64,000 nucleotides of DNA from an uncultured Acidobacteriaceae bacterium (GTDB lineage Bacteria; Acidobacteriota; Terriglobia; Terriglobales; Acidobacteriaceae), in NCBI GenBank assembly GCA_963770235.1, contig CAVYOW010000003.1, positions 4,706 to 68,705 on the forward strand, in the 5' to 3' direction. Under the pieces are notes generated by a model. The model had not been told where the DNA came from. It worked only from the letters and a program-made list of their open reading frames with translations, and searched no databases. Made by a program: the position numbers and the translations under genes. This document shows positions 58,698 through 64,000 of this stretch, one piece after another. Position 1 is the first letter of the stretch. Each line of letters starts with the position of its first letter.

Positions 58698-61061
58698 ATG
58701 AACCTCACCGGGCGCTGTTGGCTGCAACTCCTGGTCGCATTGGCGACTCTTCTCTGCCGGCCGTTGGAAGTCGCCAGTCAAACTGGGCAAGCCCACCCCA
58801 CTGAAGCTGATGCCCCCTGGACCGACCCGCTCACCGAGGGTCAAATTCGCGACAAGGCCAAGAACCTCCTGCGGCAGATGACTCTGGAGGAAAAAGTCGC
58901 GCAGCTATCTCAGCTCCCCGGAACGGATTCCGCCGAATTCAAAGAAAACGTCAAGCAGCCCGTCGAAGAGGTCCTCAAACAATTCGGCGCGGGTTCCGTA
59001 CTCTGGATTTCCGATCCCAAGGAGATCAACCGGCTGCAGCACATCGCCGTCGAACAATCGCGGCTGCACATTCCCGTGCTGTTTGGGCTCGACGTTGTCC
59101 ATGGCTACCACACCATCTTCCCGGCGCCGATCGCTATGGCTTCGTCCTGGGATACGAAGATGGTCGAGGACGCGCAAGCCGTGGCCGCGCAGGAGTCTCG
59201 AGCCGCAGGTATCCAGTGGACTTTCGCTCCGATGGTGGATATCGCTCGCGACGCCCGTTGGGGACGCATGGTCGAAGGCGCCGGCGAAGATCCTTACCTC
59301 GGAGCCGCCATGGCTCGAGCCCAGGTGCTGGGATTTCAGGGCAAGCAACTGGGTGCGCCCGATCGCGTGTTGGCCTGCGCCAAGCATTTCGCCGGCTACG
59401 GCGCGGCCGACGGAGGACGCGACTACGATTCCTCCTACATTTCGGAAGAGCAAATGTGGAACACCTATTTGCCGCCATTCAAAGTCGCCATCGACGCCGG
59501 CGCCGGAAGCCTGATGAGCGCTTACATGGATCTGAACGATGTGCCAGCCAGCGGTAACCCTTGGCTCTTGCACGATGTGCTGCGCGACTCGTGGAACTTT
59601 CAGGGATTTGTGGTGAGCGACGCCTTTGCCGTTCGCAGCTTGAGAATCCACGGCTACGCCCGCGATCCCCAGGACGCCGCGTACAAGGCGTTCACCGCCG
59701 GATTGAACATGGATATGGCCAGCGGCACCTACCTCAGGTATCTGCCGATCGAATTGCAGCAGGGACGCATCTCGATGCAGCAGATCGACGACGCCGTGCG
59801 ACCGATTCTCGAAACCAAGATTCGCATGGGATTGTTCGAGCACCCCTACGTCGACGAATCTCGCATCGAACCGACCCTGAACGATCCCGCCCACCAGCAA
59901 CTCGCCCGCCGCGCCGCCCAACGCTCGGTGGTGTTGCTTCGCAATCAGGGCAGCCTGCTCCCGCTTGATAAGAGCGGCAAAACCATTCATTCCATCGCAG
60001 TCATTGGCTCGCTCGGCGAGGCCCAAGCCGACCTTCTCTCCATGTGGGGTGCGCTGACCAAACCGGGTCCAACCATCAGCATTCTGCAGGGTATTCAGGA
60101 AAAGGCCGCTTCCGCCGTGCGGGTCGCGTACTCGCACGGACCGAACCTCAGGCGCGACATCCCTTCGCCGTTTGAAGGCATTGCGATGACCGCGATCCTT
60201 AAGGAGCAACCCGCCCAGACCGCTCAGGAAATCCAGCAATCCATCGCAGATGCCGTAGCTCTGGCCCGGCAAAGCGATGTGGCCATTCTGGTTCTAGGCG
60301 AGATTGACCTGATGAGTGGCGAGTACGCCTCGCGATCTTCCCTGAAGCTTTCGAACGGACAAGAAGAACTGCTGGAAGCGGTTTCCGCCACCGGCAAGCC
60401 TGTCGTCCTTGTGCTGGTAAACGGTCGCCCGCTCGATATTTCGTGGGCCGCCGAGCATATCCCTGCCATTCTCGAAGCCTGGTATCCGGGGAGCCAGGGC
60501 GGCAACGGAATCGCCGACATACTCTTCGGTGACGCCAATCCGTCAGGCCACTTGCCGGTGAGCTGGCCGCGCAGCACCGGACAAGTCCCCATCTATTACA
60601 ACCACAACCTCACGCAAAACCCGGAGACTTCGCCCGATTTCAAGTCACGCTACTGGGATATTCGCACCACTCCGCTCTATCCCTTCGGCTATGGCCTGAG
60701 TTATACGAGTTTCTCGTTCGACAATCTGAAAGTGACCCCAACCGCGCGAACTGGAGGCACGATCGAGGTTTCAGTCGACGTCACCAACACCGGCAGCCGC
60801 ACCGGCGATGCCGTGGTCCAGCTTTACACCCATCAGCGCGCCGGCAGCGCCTCTCGCCCGGTGCGGCAGCTAAAGGGATTCGACCGCGTCCCGGTGGAAC
60901 CCGGCGCAAAACGCACCGTACACTTCACACTGGGAAAAGACGAGTTGCAATTCTGGAGCCCGACCGAAAAGAAATGGGCCGTCGAACCGGAACAGTTCGA
61001 CGTATGGGTAGGCGAAGACTCCGGCGCCGCGCTGCACGCGGAGTTCCGGCTCACGGAATGA
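58698..61061 (+). CDS. glycoside hydrolase family 3 beta-glucosidase (BglX-like), secreted
   Basis: ATG 58698 follows AAGGAGGA. Signal peptide, KHFAGYG, nucleophile motif GFVVSDA and a C-terminal fibronectin-like domain. Intact. Confidence 0.9.
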   Translation: MNLTGRCWLQLLVALATLLCRPLEVASQTGQAHPTEADAPWTDPLTEGQIRDKAKNLLRQMTLEEKVAQLSQLPGTDSAEFKENVKQPVEEVLKQFGAGSVLWISDPKEINRLQHIAVEQSRLHIPVLFGLDVVHGYHTIFPAPIAMASSWDTKMVEDAQAVAAQESRAAGIQWTFAPMVDIARDARWGRMVEGAGEDPYLGAAMARAQVLGFQGKQLGAPDRVLACAKHFAGYGAADGGRDYDSSYISEEQMWNTYLPPFKVAIDAGAGSLMSAYMDLNDVPASGNPWLLHDVLRDSWNFQGFVVSDAFAVRSLRIHGYARDPQDAAYKAFTAGLNMDMASGTYLRYLPIELQQGRISMQQIDDAVRPILETKIRMGLFEHPYVDESRIEPTLNDPAHQQLARRAAQRSVVLLRNQGSLLPLDKSGKTIHSIAVIGSLGEAQADLLSMWGALTKPGPTISILQGIQEKAASAVRVAYSHGPNLRRDIPSPFEGIAMTAILKEQPAQTAQEIQQSIADAVALARQSDVAILVLGEIDLMSGEYASRSSLKLSNGQEELLEAVSATGKPVVLVLVNGRPLDISWAAEHIPAILEAWYPGSQGGNGIADILFGDANPSGHLPVSWPRSTGQVPIYYNHNLTQNPETSPDFKSRYWDIRTTPLYPFGYGLSYTSFSFDNLKVTPTARTGGTIEVSVDVTNTGSRTGDAVVQLYTHQRAGSASRPVRQLKGFDRVPVEPGAKRTVHFTLGKDELQFWSPTEKKWAVEPEQFDVWVGEDSGAALHAEFRLTE

Positions 61062-61067
61062 CTGAAA

Positions 61068-61523
61068 CTACTCCGCGACCGCTTCCTTCTCGATCACGAC
61101 CTTCAAATGCGCAGTCACGTCCTTGTGCAACTTCACCGGCACGGTGAATTCGCCCAGGGTCTTCAGCGGCTCGTGGAGCTGGATCTGCCTCCGGTCCAGG
61201 TTGATTCCCTTCTTCACGATGGCCTCGGCAATGTCACCCGAAGTGACCGAGCCGAACAACTGATCGTGCTCGCCCGCCCGCTTCTGGAACGAGGCCGAGA
61301 GCCCCTCAAATTGCTTGGCCAGTTCTTCGGCCTGCGTCTTCTCTTTGGCGGAGCGCCGCACCGAGGCGGCCTTCATCTGCACGATGACGGCCTTGTTCCC
61401 GGCAGTGGCTTCAATGGCCAGCTTGCGCGGCAGAAGAAAGTTGCGCCCATATCCTTCGGCAACCTTCACCACGTCGCCGCGCGATCCCAGCTTGCTTACA
61501 TCTTCTTTGAGAATGACTTCCAT
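61068..61523 (-). CDS. rplI: 50S ribosomal protein L9
   Basis: MEVILKEDVSKLGSRGDVVKVAEGYGRNFLLP. Confidence 0.95.
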   Translation of the reverse strand: MEVILKEDVSKLGSRGDVVKVAEGYGRNFLLPRKLAIEATAGNKAVIVQMKAASVRRSAKEKTQAEELAKQFEGLSASFQKRAGEHDQLFGSVTSGDIAEAIVKKGINLDRRQIQLHEPLKTLGEFTVPVKLHKDVTAHLKVVIEKEAVAE

Positions 61524-61543
61524 GATATGACTCCGATGTTTTG

Positions 61544-61615
61544 AGCTATCAGCTCTCAGCTTTCAGCAAGTCCAGACCCCAGCGCGAATGAGCTGAGAGC
61601 TGACGGCTGATAGCT
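61544..61615. repeat. long imperfect hairpin built from CAGCT(N)TCAGC words in the rpsR-rplI spacer
   Basis: AGCTATCAGCTCTCAGCT (61544-61561) pairs with AGCTGAGAGCTGACGGCTGATAGCT (61591-61615), leaving a 6-nt bulge. Confidence 0.7.
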
Positions 61616-61625
61616 GACAGCTTTC

Positions 61626-61994
61626 TTACGATGCTCGCCCGGCAAACGGCAGCAATGCGATGTTTCGGGCCTGCTTGATGGCCGACGCCAGCCGGTGCTG
61701 GTGCGGCGAGCACACGCCGGTCAACCGCCGGGGCACGATCTTGCCGCTTTCCGCCACGAACTGGCCGAGCAGCCGGTAATCTTTGTAGTTGATGTCCGCA
61801 ATTTTTTCCGTGCAGAACTTGCAGACTTTCTTGCGCCGGAAGAACTTGCGTCCACCTTCACGCGGTGGACCGCCAGGCCCGGAACGGCCGCCCCCGCCGA
61901 AGCGCGGACGGTCTCCAGAAGGCCTGAACTCTCGTGGTCCATCCCCGGCAGGCCGCTCCGGCCGCTCGCTTGGTGCTTTAGTCTCTTCAGTCAT
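61626..61994 (-). CDS. rpsR: 30S ribosomal protein S18 with a ~50-aa Arg/Gly/Pro-rich N-terminal extension
   Basis: [48 protein letters not shown] precedes the ATG at 61994. Confidence 0.92.
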   Translation of the reverse strand: MTEETKAPSERPERPAGDGPREFRPSGDRPRFGGGGRSGPGGPPREGGRKFFRRKKVCKFCTEKIADINYKDYRLLGQFVAESGKIVPRRLTGVCSPHQHRLASAIKQARNIALLPFAGRAS

Positions 61995-62005
61995 AACGCT
62001 CCTTA

Positions 62006-62072
62006 ATCAGTGGCCAGTGACCAGTGGTCAGTGACCAGCAAAACCGATGTCGCTCTTGTGAACTAGCCACTG
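62006..62072. repeat. CAGTGRYCAG-word element in the rpsF-rpsR spacer
   Basis: ATCAGTGGCCAGTGACCAGTGGTCAGTGACCAGC at 62006-62038. CAGTGGC (62008-62014) is complementary to GCCACTG (62066-62072). Confidence 0.65.
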
Positions 62073-62075
62073 TTC

Positions 62076-62489
62076 TTACGCCGTTGCTGGAGTTTCCGCT
62101 GCCGGTGGCGCCGGCACTTCTTCCGCTACGGCTGCGGGCTGCGCGCTCACCTTCTTTTTCGCGTCGCGCAGCTTCTTGATCTTGTCCAGCCGCTTCTGCT
62201 CTTCGTCGATGCGCACGGTAAGGAACTTGATCACCGGCTCGGTCACACGCAACCGGCGCTCCAGTTCGTGCACGACAGTGCCCGCACCTTCGATCGTCAG
62301 CAGGATATAAACGCCCTCGCGGAATTTGCGCACGGTGTACGCCAAACGGCGCTTACCCATGCGGTCCACGCTCTTGATCGAACCGGCGGCCGAAGTCACC
62401 GTCGACTCCAGGTTCGAAATCAGCTTCTCGAGATCCTCATCCGCCATGTCCGGCCGGACAATAAACATCAGCTCATAAGTACGATTCAT
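62076..62489 (-). CDS. rpsF: 30S ribosomal protein S6
   Basis: MNRTYELMFIVRPD...; ATG 62489 follows GGAGAAG (the ORF track starts at TTG 62501). Confidence 0.93.
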   Translation of the reverse strand: MNRTYELMFIVRPDMADEDLEKLISNLESTVTSAAGSIKSVDRMGKRRLAYTVRKFREGVYILLTIEGAGTVVHELERRLRVTEPVIKFLTVRIDEEQKRLDKIKKLRDAKKKVSAQPAAVAEEVPAPPAAETPATA

Positions 62490-62508
62490 TTGCTTCTCCA
62501 AATCTTAA

Positions 62509-62610
62509 GCAGTGGCTAGTGATCAGTGGTCAGTGACCAGTGACACCCGCTACCGCGAACACCACACCTTTGTAAATTCTGATCACTGAACCACCGGTCA
62601 CTGATCACTG
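62509..62610. repeat. CAGTGRYCAG-word long inverted repeat in the pth-rpsF spacer, overlapping the last pth codons
   Basis: GCAGTGGCTAGTGATCAGTGGTCAGTGACCAGTGAC (62509-62543) versus CTGATCACTGAACCACCGGTCACTGATCACTG (62579-62610). The pth C-terminus ..DSDQ* is encoded by the distal arm. Confidence 0.7.
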
Positions 62611-63209
62611 TCTTTGCGGTTAAACCGGTTCATGGCCGCCGCCGCACCGTCGGTCAGAATCGCCATCACCGCTCCGGCGGCAGTGTCGAGCATCCCGTCC
62701 ACTACCGCCAGTTCAGCCTTGCGAAACGGCGCCAGCAAATACCGCTCGCCATCTTCCACCCTGCGTTCCGGAGCCACGCCAATCCGAATGCGCAAGAAAT
62801 CCTCCGTGCCCAGCGCCCCGATGATCGACTCGATCCCGTTATGCCCCGCCGAACTCCGCCGCGCGTGAATCCGCAGCGTGCCCAGCGGAAAATCCAGTTC
62901 GTCCTGAATCACAATCAGGTCCGCTTCCGGCTTCGTCTCGTATTCCGCCACCAGTTCCCGGACCGATACGCCGCTCAGGTTCATGTAAGTTTCGGGCTTG
63001 GCCAGCAGAACTGGCTCGTCCCCAACCTGTATTCTCGCCGTCAACGCCCGGCATTGCCGGTTCCTGATCTCTACGCCACGCTCGCTGGCGATGCGATCCA
63101 CCACCAGAAAGCCCAGGTTATGCGGCGTGAATTGATACTCGATACCAGGATTTCCGAGACCAACGATCAGTTTCACGCCACCATCCCAAACCACGAAGCC
63201 GCAGCCCAT
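62598..63209 (-). CDS. pth: peptidyl-tRNA hydrolase
   Basis: KLIVGLGNPG..Y..TPHNLGF...; the likely start is GTG 63173. Confidence 0.92.
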   Translation of the reverse strand: MGCGFVVWDGGVKLIVGLGNPGIEYQFTPHNLGFLVVDRIASERGVEIRNRQCRALTARIQVGDEPVLLAKPETYMNLSGVSVRELVAEYETKPEADLIVIQDELDFPLGTLRIHARRSSAGHNGIESIIGALGTEDFLRIRIGVAPERRVEDGERYLLAPFRKAELAVVDGMLDTAAGAVMAILTDGAAAAMNRFNRKDSDQ

Positions 63210-63293
63210 CTGGGGACGGCCGCCTCAAAAGCGTGCCCCGAGCGAAGCCGAGGGGGCCAGTCGAGCGAAGCGAAGCACCTCCCGGCCACTGCG

Positions 63294-64000
63294 TTACTTC
63301 TTCTCCTTCTTCTCGGCCTTCTTCTCGGCCTTTTCGGGCTTCTCCGCAACCGCCGCCTCGCCCTCTTCCTCGGTTTCCGTTTTGCCTTTCTTGATGACTT
63401 CGGGCTCGGCCGGCGCTGCTCCAGCTTCCGCCGCTACCGCTTCCGGAGTGACCACAACCTCTTCCTTCACGGAGGTCACATGGGCCACCGGCTGGTTTGC
63501 GTCCGAAAGGAACTTAAGTTTCTCGTTGTGCGGCAAATCCGATACGCGCAGCACTTTCCCGAACGTAAGTTCGCTAACGTCAACATCGATGTGGCTGGGA
63601 ATATCGGCCGGCAGGCACTCGATCTCAACTTCGCGCAGTATCTGTTCGAGAATCCCGCCTTCTGTCCTCACGCCCAGTGGCACCCCCTGCAGCATGATGG
63701 GCACGTTGACGCGCAACGCCTTGTCCATGGCGATTCGCTTCAGGTCGATGTGCAGCAGGTGGCCTTTAATCGGCTCATATTGCCAATCCACGATCATCGC
63801 CTTAGTGCGCTCGCCGCCATTAAGCGCGAGATCAAAAATCGTGTTATGCCCGCTGTCGGAGCGCAGAATACGCAGCACATGCCGTGGATCGACACTGACC
63901 GGCAGAGCGTCCTTGCTCGCCCCATATAGCACGCCGGGGATCTTGCCCTCGCGCCGCACCCGCCGGGCCTGGTTCTTGGTCCCTGCCTCCCGCGGTTGCG
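63294..64000 (-). CDS. rplY: 50S ribosomal protein L25 / general stress protein Ctc, 5' end outside the window
   Basis: ..AGTKNQARRVRREGKIPGVLYG.. stays in frame up to the window edge. The C-terminal tail is acidic/Lys-rich (KAEKKAEKKEKK). Confidence 0.9.
   Translation of the reverse strand, partial: QPREAGTKNQARRVRREGKIPGVLYGASKDALPVSVDPRHVLRILRSDSGHNTIFDLALNGGERTKAMIVDWQYEPIKGHLLHIDLKRIAMDKALRVNVPIMLQGVPLGVRTEGGILEQILREVEIECLPADIPSHIDVDVSELTFGKVLRVSDLPHNEKLKFLSDANQPVAHVTSVKEEVVVTPEAVAAEAGAAPAEPEVIKKGKTETEEEGEAAVAEKPEKAEKKAEKKEKK

Noticed and set aside
61995-62612. Possible CRISPR array or minisatellite made of CAGTGACCAG-type repeats.
   Set aside because: The words are about 10 nt long and contiguous or self-complementary, with no regular 25-40-nt repeat/spacer alternation and no cas genes. 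They are better described as hairpin elements.

Overview
This is a 64-kb high-GC chromosomal segment. Its gene content and interspersed repeats look acidobacterial, for example a TonB receptor with a carboxypeptidase-regulatory-type N-terminus and Ser/Thr kinases fused to TolB-like propellers. That taxonomic call is inference and was not verified. The window opens inside the 5' end of a 16S rRNA gene (minus strand, 1-259) with its leader. Next come a REP-flanked RAYT transposase and a PD-(D/E)XK nuclease gene. Most of the rest is housekeeping: xseA, cdaA-cdaR-glmM, polA, queA, recG, lipA, acpS, selA, folP, dtd, acpP-fabF and rplY-pth-rpsF-rpsR-rplI. There is also a BtuB-like receptor under a cobalamin riboswitch, a signalling cluster (STK, STAS, histidine kinase, GAF-GGDEF) and an ECF sigma / anti-sigma / DUF4097 / PDZ module. 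Four observations stand out. (1) A 685-bp mazEF cassette sits between two 94-bp direct copies of the glmM 3' end. (2) selA is split by an 82-bp copy of an interspersed repeat. (3) About 30 single-base frame breaks occur in otherwise well-conserved genes; they are dense at 3.8-13.7 kb and absent from 51.2-64 kb, and are most simply assembly indels. (4) Several families of intergenic repeats and long hairpins built from short repeated words are present, including inside the ribosomal-protein operon and between the sigma and anti-sigma genes. I saw no CRISPR array, tRNA, prophage or recognisable defence island, and I did not find a convincing wholly novel multi-gene system. Coordinates of repeats and frame breaks are hand-derived and may be off by 1-2 nt.
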